Virus record (IMG/VR): IMGVR_UViG_2861048470_000006
Strand: one strand, 5' to 3'
Source: a virus
Taxonomy: Duplodnaviria; Heunggongvirae; Uroviricota; Caudoviricetes
Length of the DNA stretch: 57,518 bases
Below the pieces are notes generated by a model. That model saw nothing but the letters and a program-made list of their open reading frames with translations. It had not been told where the DNA came from and made no database searches. Positions 42,548-53,401 of this stretch are shown here, piece after piece. Within the stretch, counting starts at the first letter, position 1. Every line of letters starts with the position of its first letter. The translations under genes and the position numbers were made by a program.

Positions 42548-42789
42548 TTATTCCATTAATTAAATCCGCACTGGATAGAAGGTACTACCTCTCACAGAGT
42601 AGCAAAGTTCAACTGGCTATGCGGGATTAATCGGAATGCATGGTGGAATGAGTGCCGATACAAATCATCCTATATTCTAAGGAGTTTTAAGTTACTCAGC
42701 CTGCCAATTACTGGGGCATTTAATTTGTATGATCTGTATCAAAGCTGGGATATAAGTTAAGTGAAGTATATTAGGCACGAATTACCAGC

Positions 42790-42813
42790 GTCTGCTCTTG
42801 GCACAAAGCGGAC
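42790..42813 (+). repeat. 24-bp imperfect direct repeat, copy B (GTCTGCTCTTGGCACAAAGCGGAC), abutting IS3
   Basis: see copy A; last 3 nt GAC are the IS3 target duplication. Confidence 0.4.
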
Positions 42814-42878
42814 TGATCTTACCCAGCAATAGTGGACACGCGGCTAAGTGAGTAAACTCTCAGTCAGAGGTGACTCAC

Positions 42879-43125
42879 ATGACAAAAACAGTATCAACCA
42901 GTAAAAAACCCCGTAAACAGCATTCGCCTGAATTTCGCAGTGAAGCCCTGAAGCTTGCTGAACGCATCGGTGTTACTGCCGCAGCCCGTGAACTCAGCCT
43001 GTATGAATCACAGCTCTACAACTGGCGCAGTAAACAGCAAAATCAGCAGACGTCTTCTGAACGTGAACTGGAGATGTCTACCGAGATTGCACGTCTCAAA
43101 CGCCAGCTGGCAGAACGGGATGAAG
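42879..43125 (+). pseudogene. insE: IS3 orfA (insE) 5' portion, interrupted by nested ISEc8-like element; remaining orfA codons resume at 45568
   Basis: MTKTVSTSKKPRKQHSPEFRSEALKLAERIGVTAAARELSLYESQLYNWRSKQQ... reads through to RDE then hits the IS end; continuation [17 protein letters not shown] found after the nested element. Confidence 0.85.
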
Positions 43126-43196
43126 GTAAGCGTACAGCCTGAACCGTCTGGTCAGAATCTGACAAATTAGACAAAGTGGTGTCCACCAAATAAGTA

Positions 43197-43598
43197 GTGG
43201 GAACCAAAGTGTCAGATATGCAGAAAAATGTGACTCCCGGCAGGCGAAAAGGCTGCCCTAATTATCCTCCCGAATTTAAACAGCAGCTCGTTGCTGCCTC
43301 CTGTGAACCCGGGATATCCATCTCAAAACTTGCTCTTGAAAATGGCATTAACGCCAATCTGTTGTTCAAATGGCGACAACAATGGCGCGAGGGAAAGCTG
43401 CTATTACCTTCTTCAGAGAGCCCCCAGCTACTTCCTGTGACTCTCGATGCAGCTGCCGAACAGCCAGAATCGCTCGCAGAGGACCCGGAAACCCTCAGTA
43501 TCAGCTGTGAGGTAACGTTCCGGCACGGGACGCTCCGCTTCAATGGCAATGTCAGCGAAAAGCTCCTGACTCTGCTGATACAGGAACTGAAGCGATGA
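43197..43598 (+). CDS. IS66-family OrfA
   Basis: 133-aa ORF. Confidence 0.85.
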   Translation: MGTKVSDMQKNVTPGRRKGCPNYPPEFKQQLVAASCEPGISISKLALENGINANLLFKWRQQWREGKLLLPSSESPQLLPVTLDAAAEQPESLAEDPETLSISCEVTFRHGTLRFNGNVSEKLLTLLIQELKR

Positions 43599-43942
43599 TC
43601 CCGTTACCTTCCGGGACCAAAATTTGGCTGGTTGCCGGTATCACCGATATGAGAAATGGCTTCAACGGCCTGGCTGCGAAAGTACAAACGGCGCTGAAAG
43701 ACGATCCCATGTCCGGCCATGTTTTCATTTTCCGGGGCCGCAGCGGCAGTCAGGTTAAACTGCTGTGGTCCACCGGTGACGGACTGTGCCTCCTGACCAA
43801 ACGGCTGGAGCGTGGGCGCTTCGCCTGGCCGTCAGCCCGTGATGGCAAAGTGTTCCTTACGCAGGCGCAGCTGGCGATGCTGCTGGAAGGTATCGACTGG
43901 CGACAGCCCAAGCGGTTGCTGACCTCCCTGACCATGCTGTAA
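43595..43942 (+). CDS. IS66-family OrfB (TnpB-like)
   Basis: 115-aa ORF, 4-nt overlap with orfA. Confidence 0.85.
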   Translation: MIPLPSGTKIWLVAGITDMRNGFNGLAAKVQTALKDDPMSGHVFIFRGRSGSQVKLLWSTGDGLCLLTKRLERGRFAWPSARDGKVFLTQAQLAMLLEGIDWRQPKRLLTSLTML

Positions 43943-43991
43943 ATCTCTTTATCCTGGTTGTCACAGAATAAGCCCGGTAAAATACGGGCTT

Positions 43992-45530
43992 ATGAACGAC
44001 ATCTCTTCTGACGACATCTTCCTGCTGAAACAGCGCCTGGCCGAACAGGAAGCGCTGATCCACGCCCTGCAGGAAAAGCTGAGCAACCGGGAGCGCGAAA
44101 TAGACCATCTGCAGGCGCAGCTGGATAAACTCCGCCGGATGAACTTCGGCAGTCGTTCCGAAAAAGTCTCCCGCCGTATCGCACAAATGGAAGCCGATCT
44201 GAACCGGCTTCAGAAAGAGAGCGATACGCTGACTGGTAGGGTGTATGACCCGGCTGTACAGCGTCCGTTGCGTCAGACCCGCACCCGTAAGCCGTTCCCT
44301 GAATCACTACCCCGTGACGAAAAGCGACTGTTGCCTGCGGCGCCGTGCTGCCCGAACTGCGGCGGTTCACTGAGCTATCTGGGCGAGGATACCGCCGAAC
44401 AGCTGGAGTTGATGCGTAGTGCCTTCCGGGTTATCCGGACGGTACGGGAAAAACATGCCTGTACTCAGTGCGATGCCATCGTGCAGGCACCTGCACCTTC
44501 GCGGCCCATCGAGCGGGGTATCGCCGGACCGGGGCTGCTGGCCCGCGTGCTGACCTCGAAGTATGCAGAGCACACCCCGCTGTATCGCCAGTCAGAAATA
44601 TACGGCCGGCAAGGTGTGGAGCTGAGCCGTTCACTGCTGTCGGGCTGGGTGGATGCATGCTGCCGGCTGCTGTCTCCGCTGGAAGAGGCGCTTCATGGCT
44701 ATGTCATGACTGACGGCAAACTCCATGCCGATGATACCCCGGTCCAGGTACTGCTGCCGGGTAATAAGAAGACGAAGACCGGGCGGTTGTGGGCGTATGT
44801 TCGTGATGACCGCAATGCCGGGTCAGCGTTGGCACCTGCAGTGTGGTTCGCTTACAGCCCGGACAGAAAAGGCATCCATCCGCAGACTCATCTTGCCTGC
44901 TTCAGCGGTGTGCTGCAAGCGGATGCGTACGCCGGGTTCAACGAGCTGTATCGCAATGGTGGGATAACGGAAGCTGCCTGCTGGGCTCATGCCCGCCGAA
45001 AGATCCACGATGTGCACGTCCGCATCCCGTCAGCACTGACGGAAGAAGCCCTGGAGCAGATCGGTCAGTTGTACGCCATAGAGGCGGATATAAGGGGAAT
45101 GCCGGCAGAGCAGCGGCTTGCTGAACGTCAGCGAAAAACGAAACCGCTGTTGAAATCCCTGGAAAGCTGGTTGCGTGAAAAGATGAAAACCCTGTCGCGA
45201 CACTCAGAACTGGCGAAAGCGTTCGCATACGCCCTGAACCAGTGGCCGGCGCTGACGTACTATGCAGATGATGGCTGGGCTGAGGCGGACAATAACATCG
45301 CTGAAAATGCGTTGCGGATGGTCAGTCTGGGCCGCAAAAACTACCTGTTCTTCGGTTCGGATCATGGAGGAGAGCGGGGAGCGCTGCTGTACAGCCTGAT
45401 CGGGACGTGCAAACTGAACGGAGTGGAGCCAGAAAGCTACCTCCGCTATGTCCTTGACGTCATAGCCGACTGGTCGATAAACCGGGTCGGCGAACTGCTC
45501 CCCTGGCGCGTAGCACTGCCGACTGAATAA
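43992..45530 (+). CDS. IS66-family transposase OrfC
   Basis: 512-aa ORF. Confidence 0.9.
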   Translation: MNDISSDDIFLLKQRLAEQEALIHALQEKLSNREREIDHLQAQLDKLRRMNFGSRSEKVSRRIAQMEADLNRLQKESDTLTGRVYDPAVQRPLRQTRTRKPFPESLPRDEKRLLPAAPCCPNCGGSLSYLGEDTAEQLELMRSAFRVIRTVREKHACTQCDAIVQAPAPSRPIERGIAGPGLLARVLTSKYAEHTPLYRQSEIYGRQGVELSRSLLSGWVDACCRLLSPLEEALHGYVMTDGKLHADDTPVQVLLPGNKKTKTGRLWAYVRDDRNAGSALAPAVWFAYSPDRKGIHPQTHLACFSGVLQADAYAGFNELYRNGGITEAACWAHARRKIHDVHVRIPSALTEEALEQIGQLYAIEADIRGMPAEQRLAERQRKTKPLLKSLESWLREKMKTLSRHSELAKAFAYALNQWPALTYYADDGWAEADNNIAENALRMVSLGRKNYLFFGSDHGGERGALLYSLIGTCKLNGVEPESYLRYVLDVIADWSINRVGELLPWRVALPTE

Positions 45531-45624
45531 CACATCCCCGTCAATACGGTTCTTGCTGCACGCTTACGGATGAAGAGCTGGCTATCCTCCAAAAGGCCGC
45601 GACATACTTCGCGAAGCGCCTGAA

Positions 45625-46491
45625 ATGAAGTATGTCTTTATTGAAAAACATCAGGCTGAGTTCAGCATCAAAGCAATGTGCCGCGTGCTCCGGGTGGCCC
45701 GCAGCGGCTGGTATACGTGGTGTCAGCGGCGGACAAGGATAAGCACGCGTCAGCAGTTCCGCCAACACTGCGACAGCGTTGTCCTCGCGGCTTTTACCCG
45801 GTCAAAACAGCGTTACGGTGCCCCACGCCTGACGGATGAACTGCGTGCTCAGGGTTACCCCTTTAACGTAAAAACCGTGGCGGCAAGCCTGCGCCGTCAG
45901 GGACTGAGGGCAAAGGCCTCCCGGAAGTTCAGCCCGGTCAGCTACCGCGCACACGGCCTGCCTGTGTCAGAAAATCTGTTGGAGCAGGATTTTTACGCCA
46001 GTGGCCCGAACCAGAAGTGGGCAGGAGACATCACGTACTTACGTACAGATGAAGGCTGGCTGTATCTGGCAGTGGTCATTGACCTGTGGTCACGTGCCGT
46101 TATTGGCTGGTCAATGTCGCCACGCATGACGGCGCAACTGGCCTGCGATGCCCTGCAGATGGCGCTGTGGCGGCGTAAGAGGCCCCGGAACGTTATCGTT
46201 CACACGGACCGTGGAGGCCAGTACTGTTCAGCAGATTATCAGGCGCAACTGAAGCGGCATAATCTGCGTGGAAGTATGAGCGCAAAAGGTTGCTGCTACG
46301 ATAATGCCTGCGTGGAAAGCTTCTTTCATTCGCTGAAAGTGGAATGTATCCATGGAGAACACTTTATCAGCCGGGAAATAATGCGGGCAACGGTGTTTAA
46401 TTATATCGAATGTGATTACAATCGGTGGCGGCGGCACAGTTGGTGTGGCGGCCTCAGTCCGGAACAATTTGAAAACAAGAACCTCGCTTAG
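45625..46491 (+). CDS. insF: IS3 transposase OrfB (DDE integrase-like catalytic domain)
   Basis: 288-aa ORF; normally expressed as OrfAB fusion by -1 frameshift. Confidence 0.9.
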
Positions 46492-46592
46492 GCCTGTGTC
46501 CATATTACGTGGGTAGGATCAGACAACCACGCTAGCTCTACCCTGTGCCACAAAATGTCAATTTGCATCTGAACTAATGCACTTTAATCTCG

Positions 46593-46763
46593 TCACTTCA
46601 ATAAATACCGAACATCCCCCTGATAAAACGACAATATGCGCTGCATAACTTCGCTCTTCCGGCACTCGCGACAGATTATGTTTAGGCGACTGTCGTAGCG
46701 ACGTATTTCTCCGTCAGGTAATGACCAGATAAGGTCCGGATCAACCACAACCGGTTTCTTCAG
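46593..46763 (-). pseudogene. 3' fragment of a ~140-aa phage replication-region gene split by IS100
   Basis: in-frame continuation (…KLKKPVVVDPDLIW…) of the 5' fragment once one copy of the duplication is removed. Confidence 0.7.
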
Positions 46764-46770
46764 TGTCAAT

Positions 46771-48974
<2,204 letters not shown>

Positions 48975-49014
48975 AAGCCCTCCTGAAAATTACCTCATGA
49001 CCAGAAATTAACAC

Positions 49015-50091
49015 TTACCCCCTGAAGCCCGGCGGAATTTCGTTATCCGGTTCAGAAATATGATTCACACAACGCTGGTTGTTCGTGCCGCTTACCGGGA
49101 GCAACCAGGGGTTCTCAAAATTCCGGTCCGGTCCAAAAAACGTCGTCGCTCGCTGAACAAATTCCGTTCCCGTTTTCCCGGTAGCCGCCAAGTATCTTGC
49201 GTAACGCCTCACGCCATCCAGCATGGCCTCTGGTGGCACCCCCTCGCGTAATCTGGCCTTCCAGGCACTGAAAGCGGATTTCTTCGGGTTTGCCCCAGCA
49301 CGCAACGGGTACTCCCGCCAGACCTGTTCGAACACATCCGGATAATCCACTCGTCCCACAGACTGCCCGGTGTTTTCCGGGACTACCCGATCGGCTTCCC
49401 GCTGAATGGCGGAATCGGCTTCAGGCTGCTGCAGTTGGTGTGATTGCTCCGCCCTTGCGGTCATCACCTGCTGCACAGCGCCCGAATCGGCTTTCAGCGC
49501 ATACGCTGAATCGGCTTCCGGTGTCGTGCCTGCTGGCTGACCAAGATTGACGGTCTGAACATCCCCTGCCTGGTTCGTGGCGTTTTTTACGCCATGGACC
49601 ATAGTGTTTTGATCTTCTTGATCTGTATCTTTATCTGTATCTTTATCTGTCGTGACTCGTCGTGACATGTGCGTGACATTTCGTGACGCGCCGTGACAAT
49701 TGCCATTTTGTTCCCGCTTTCTTTCCCTCTCTCGCTGCGCCCTCTTGCGCTCTGCAGGAGATTTTGCGGTTTGCGAAATATTGCCGTTGTCCTCTTTAAG
49801 CACCTGGCGTTTTTCCCATCCAGTGATTAAATCACCATCAAGTACCCGCCCCTGCATCGTCTGCAAAATTGAATCAATTACCTCTTCTGTCACGTCGAGC
49901 GCACTTGCCAAATCTTCTGTCGTGACATCAATGTGACCTCGCGTGACATTTCGTGACGCGCTCACCAGGAGGTGGATATACACTGCCATCACTGTTGCAA
50001 TTGGCTGCCCTGACACCCTGGCAATTGTTCGCCACTTAGGGTCATTTGGCATGTCATGCCATAATCTGAGCCAAGCGTTAGCCATACTCAC
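49015..50091 (-). CDS. phage replication initiator / replisome organiser with DnaT-like C-terminus; contains in-gene iterons
   Basis: 358-aa ORF; C-terminal VNHISEPDNEIPPGFRG resembles the DnaT C-terminus as recalled; CGTGAC iteron arrays inside. Confidence 0.65.
   Translation of the reverse strand: MSMANAWLRLWHDMPNDPKWRTIARVSGQPIATVMAVYIHLLVSASRNVTRGHIDVTTEDLASALDVTEEVIDSILQTMQGRVLDGDLITGWEKRQVLKEDNGNISQTAKSPAERKRAQRERERKREQNGNCHGASRNVTHMSRRVTTDKDTDKDTDQEDQNTMVHGVKNATNQAGDVQTVNLGQPAGTTPEADSAYALKADSGAVQQVMTARAEQSHQLQQPEADSAIQREADRVVPENTGQSVGRVDYPDVFEQVWREYPLRAGANPKKSAFSAWKARLREGVPPEAMLDGVRRYARYLAATGKTGTEFVQRATTFFGPDRNFENPWLLPVSGTNNQRCVNHISEPDNEIPPGFRG
49621..49697. repeat. iteron array: tandem ATCTGTATCTTT x2.5 followed by five CGTGAC repeats at ~10-11-bp spacing (candidate origin)
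   Basis: cgtgac at about 49651, 49661, 49672, 49682, 49692; coordinates +/-2. Confidence 0.6.
49887..49957. repeat. second iteron cluster: (C/T)GTGAC x4 direct plus one inverted copy
   Basis: gtcacg at ~49890 then cgtgac/tgtgac at ~49921, 49933, 49942, 49952. Confidence 0.5.
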
Positions 50092-50156
50092 CTCTTCTGA
50101 TACCGAATCTTTTTACTCACGAGTTGCCGGAAGCGATTCGATATGGCTATTGTCAG

Positions 50157-50582
50157 TCAATGTACTGCCACAGCATTTCCTGCCGGGCCACCACGGTTCA
50201 TCTGATTGAAACCGGCGATTGCCACTGCGACAAAATCATCAGCGTCTCTCACCAGTCGCTCCCGCGTCTCCACCAGCTCCCGAAAATAAGCTGAACTGTG
50301 GCTGCGCATTCTGGCCACCAGCAAAGGTGGCATTGCCTTTTCGATCGCTGGTAACAACGCCTGAATTTTTTCAACTGCATCAGGGGTGTCTTTCTCTACC
50401 CAGCGGAAAATTTTCTGGGTATTGCGAGCCAGGGCTTCCGGATGGCTGTCGTCATACAGTTCCGGGAACGTCATTCCCAGCTCGAAATACGCTTTGGTAA
50501 TTTTCGCAGCCGGTACTTTTTCGCCGTCCGGATGCGCCCAGGCATTCATCGCCATGCGGATGTGTTCATGCTTGATTTTCAT
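50157..50582 (-). CDS. hypothetical early-region protein (CII/YdaT-position)
   Basis: 141-aa ORF directly downstream of cro-like gene with 4-nt overlap; no motif recognised. Confidence 0.35.
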   Translation of the reverse strand: MKIKHEHIRMAMNAWAHPDGEKVPAAKITKAYFELGMTFPELYDDSHPEALARNTQKIFRWVEKDTPDAVEKIQALLPAIEKAMPPLLVARMRSHSSAYFRELVETRERLVRDADDFVAVAIAGFNQMNRGGPAGNAVAVH

Positions 50583-50794
50583 GAATCATTCTTTCCTTCG
50601 TTCGAGGTGCTATCCTGCTTCTTGTAAAGTTCTGGGTTGTATTTCAATTCACCGTTAGTAATTTCATCCAGTTCCATTGCGCGAAGTTTGGGAATAACTG
50701 CTTTCCACCGCACAACAGCCACATGTGAAATTCCAAGAGCCTCAGCTACTAGTCGCTTTTTTTTGAAATAGCGCAGAACATCATCTTTGAACAT
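50579..50794 (-). CDS. Cro-like HTH regulator
   Basis: 71-aa ORF divergent from cI-like gene; HTH segment LVAEALGISHVAVVRWK. Confidence 0.6.
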   Translation of the reverse strand: MFKDDVLRYFKKKRLVAEALGISHVAVVRWKAVIPKLRAMELDEITNGELKYNPELYKKQDSTSNEGKNDS

Positions 50795-50823
50795 AAAACT
50801 CTCCTGTTATTTCGAGCAGGATG

Positions 50824-50885
50824 GTAACAATAGTTACATAGCAATGTCAACCATAGCAACATCACTTGGTAGTAACATTGGTTAC
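50824..50885. promoter_or_regulatory. two operator-like 14-bp sites GTAAC-N4-GTTAC in the cro/cI divergent intergenic region
   Basis: GTAACaataGTTAC (50824-50837) and GTAACattgGTTAC (50872-50885), the latter abutting the cI ATG. Confidence 0.45.
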
Positions 50886-51560
50886 ATGAAAAACACTATC
50901 AGCGAACGTATTCGGAATCGTCGAAAAGACGTTGGATTAACCCAACAGCAGGTTGCGAAAGCAATCGGCATATCTCGTGTATCCGTAACAAAATGGGAAA
51001 ATGGCTCTTCAAAACCTGACGGTGAGAATTTGCATCTACTGTCAAAATTGCTTTCCAAATCTCCTGAATGGATTCTTTATGGAAAGGACGGTCACGATAA
51101 AACCGATGATCTGCGTCTGAATCAGTATCCTTACATTAGTGACAACATCGCCCGGTTGCCCGTTTTAACGTGGGAACAGGCTGGTTATTGGGATATGAGT
51201 TGTCCAGTAACCGAGATTCCTGGCATTAAGAATTGGGTTGATGTCATGACAAAAACCGCTGAAAACTCTTTTTTATTGCATGTTGAGGGAGATGCGATGA
51301 CAAACTCTAACGGCCTCCCAACCATCCCCGATGGATCTACCGTGCTGATCACACCATGCTCAAGTAACATTAGAGAACTGGTGGGAAAAATAATCTTAAT
51401 CCAATTGGAAGGAACGCCAAACGTAACACTAAAAAAAGTTGCGATTGACGGACCAAACATCTATCTGTTGTCACTGAATCCGCTTTACAAACCCATCGAA
51501 CTGAATGGTGGTTACACCATTAAAGGTAAAGTTTCACAAATACATCAATACTTAGACTGA
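50886..51560 (+). CDS. CI-like repressor (N-terminal XRE HTH, C-terminal S24 LexA-like peptidase)
   Basis: start at MKNTISERIRN... (ATG 50886); HTH LTQQQVAKAIGISRVSVTKWE; C-terminal S24-like region. Confidence 0.8.
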   Translation: MKNTISERIRNRRKDVGLTQQQVAKAIGISRVSVTKWENGSSKPDGENLHLLSKLLSKSPEWILYGKDGHDKTDDLRLNQYPYISDNIARLPVLTWEQAGYWDMSCPVTEIPGIKNWVDVMTKTAENSFLLHVEGDAMTNSNGLPTIPDGSTVLITPCSSNIRELVGKIILIQLEGTPNVTLKKVAIDGPNIYLLSLNPLYKPIELNGGYTIKGKVSQIHQYLD

Positions 51561-51832
51561 GTCAGAACCCGCATTCATTGCGGGTTTTTCACGCTCTCAA
51601 ATGTACCTTTTGCAACATCGTATTGACTCGAAAGGTAACTCTTGTTACCTTAACGGCATACCAACCCACCCCGCCCCACAGAATGCAGGGCAATACTTCG
51701 AGTTACCAGGCAGTGGTCAGGGGTTAAGTAGCCAGCCCGAGGCGTAAGAACATGACGGCAGGGTTCAACTTTAATAACTATGCAGCAGGTTTTTGTTCCG
51801 CTACCCCGGCGTTAAGGGGAAATGAGGTCAGC

Positions 51833-51988
51833 ATGGATACTATCGATCTTGGCAACAGCGAATCTCTGGTATGTGGCGTGTTCCCCAACCAGGACGGTAC
51901 GTTCACCGCGATGACGTATACCAAAAGCAAAACGTTTAAAACCGAAAATGGTGCCCGTCGCTGGCTGGAAAGAAACTCAGGTGAGTGA
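51833..51988 (+). CDS. small protein YdfA-like
   Basis: 51-aa ORF from internal ATG with GAGG RBS; first gene of the dicB operon by position. Confidence 0.5.
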   Translation: MDTIDLGNSESLVCGVFPNQDGTFTAMTYTKSKTFKTENGARRWLERNSGE

Positions 51989-51989
51989 T

Positions 51990-52118
51990 ATGGATTTCGA
52001 CACAATCATGGAAAAGGCTTACGAAGAATACTTCGAAGGTCTTGCCGAAGGCGAAGAAGTTCTCAGCTTCAGTGAGTTTAAACAGGCGCTTTCCAGTTCG
52101 GCAAAATCTAACGGCTGA
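51990..52118 (+). CDS. small acidic protein YdfB-like (42 aa)
   Basis: hand-translated MDFDTIMEKAYEEYFEGLAEGEEVLSFSEFKQALSSSAKSNG; starts 2 nt after previous stop. Confidence 0.4.
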   Translation: MDFDTIMEKAYEEYFEGLAEGEEVLSFSEFKQALSSSAKSNG

Positions 52119-52147
52119 TAAGCGAAACAGCACCGCGAGGAATCAGT

Positions 52148-52366
52148 ATGCAGAAACGAGAACCCGTCATCATCGCGCCAGACTATACCGATGATGAACT
52201 TTATGAGTGGATGCACCAGAAAATTAATGCAGCGCAGGATCTGAAATGGGCCAATGAAGCCAGGGCTAAGCAGGCTGAAAATCTGTCCGCTCTGGAGCAG
52301 GATATCACCAATCTGGAAAAAGCAGCGGCATTAAGCATTGCCAGAATGATTACATACCCGCGTTAA
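52148..52366 (+). CDS. small protein YdfC-like
   Basis: 72-aa track ORF. Confidence 0.5.
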   Translation: MQKREPVIIAPDYTDDELYEWMHQKINAAQDLKWANEARAKQAENLSALEQDITNLEKAAALSIARMITYPR

Positions 52367-52706
52367 TAGCTAACCAACGAAGCTAAGGTTGGTAATTAAG
52401 GAGTTCTCCACGGGTGAGGTGGAGTGCGTGCGCCGGACACGGGTGAGCATCCGGCACTGACAGTTTACTGAAAGGATATTTCCCTGAAAAGTCAGACCAT
52501 AACGCGAAAGCGCACGGCGAGGTAGCTGGTTCATAGATAGCCTGTTGTTAAATTTTCGTCGACCGTGCGCTTCCGGTTGTGGCAATCCGCGAAATGGCGC
52601 GGCGGTAAGTATGGCGGGGCTATTCCTTCCCCGTTGAGGACACCGGGTTGTCAGGTTGACCATACGCTTAAGTGACAACCCCGCTGCAACGCCCTCTGTT
52701 ATCAAT

Positions 52707-52759
52707 TTTCTGGTGACGTTTGGCGGTATCAGTTTTACTCCGTGACTGCTCTGCCGCCC
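52707..52759 (+). ncRNA. dicF: DicF small RNA (ftsZ-targeting sRNA)
   Basis: 53-nt TTTCTGGTGACGTTTGGCGGTATCAGTTTTACTCCGTGACTGCTCTGCCGCCC matches DicF as recalled, followed by TTTTT; immediately upstream of dicB. Confidence 0.8.
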
Positions 52760-52933
52760 TTTTTAAAGTGAATTTTGTGATGTGGTGAATGCGGCTGAGC
52801 GCACGCGGAACAGTTAAAACCAAAAACAGTGTTATGGGTGGATTCTCTGTATCCGGCGTTAATTGTTAACTGGTTAACGTCACCTGGAGGCACCAGGCAC
52901 CGCATCACAAAATTCATTGTTGAGGACGCGATA

Positions 52934-53122
52934 ATGGAAACGTTATTACCAAACGTTAATACGTCTGAAGGTTGTTTTGAAATTGGTGTCACTATCAGTA
53001 ACCCTGTATTTACTGAAGATGCCATTAACAAGAGAAAACACGAACGGGAGTTATTAAATAAAATATGCATTGTTTCAATGCTGGCCCGTTTACGCCTGAT
53101 GCAAAAAGGACGCTGGCAATGA
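52934..53122 (+). CDS. dicB: cell division inhibitor DicB
   Basis: 62-aa product METLLPNVNTSEGCFEIGVTISNPVFTEDAINKRK... near-identical to DicB as recalled. Confidence 0.9.
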   Translation: METLLPNVNTSEGCFEIGVTISNPVFTEDAINKRKHERELLNKICIVSMLARLRLMQKGRWQ

Positions 53123-53322
53123 ATACTGCTGTTGCCCTCACTCTGACTGTTTTTCTTAATACTGGCGAACCTGTTGATGTGGTTACTGGTATATATGGTT
53201 CAATGAAAGAATGTATGGCTGCCGCAGCAGAACAGAAAATTCCTGGTAACTGTTATCCGGTCGAGAAAGTTATTCGCATGGATAATAACGAAATCCCGGC
53301 AGGATTAAAAACAGCGCCGTAA
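53119..53322 (+). CDS. small membrane protein YdfD-like
   Basis: 67-aa ORF from internal ATG overlapping dicB stop (ATGA). Confidence 0.55.
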   Translation: MNTAVALTLTVFLNTGEPVDVVTGIYGSMKECMAAAAEQKIPGNCYPVEKVIRMDNNEIPAGLKTAP

Positions 53323-53401
53323 TTAATATCCAGTTTCATTTTTACATGCCAGCAATGGCAGGGATTTGTTCACCCTTAAATCTGTAATGAGGTAAAACAA
53401 A

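Larger units (their letters stand above)
43126..45567 (+). mobile_element. ISEc8-like IS66-family element (2442 bp) nested in IS3, with 8-bp target duplication GGATGAAG
   Basis: ends GTAAGCGTACAGCC.../...TGCACGCTTAC; duplication at 43118-43125 and 45568-45575; size matches ISEc8 as recalled. Confidence 0.9.
42814..46521 (+). mobile_element. IS3 (1258 bp after subtracting the nested element), with 3-bp target duplication GAC and a nested IS66-family insertion in orfA
   Basis: ends TGATCTTACCCAGCAATAGTGGACACG... and ...CATATTACGTGGGTAGGATCA; GAC at 42811-42813 and 46522-46524. Confidence 0.9.
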
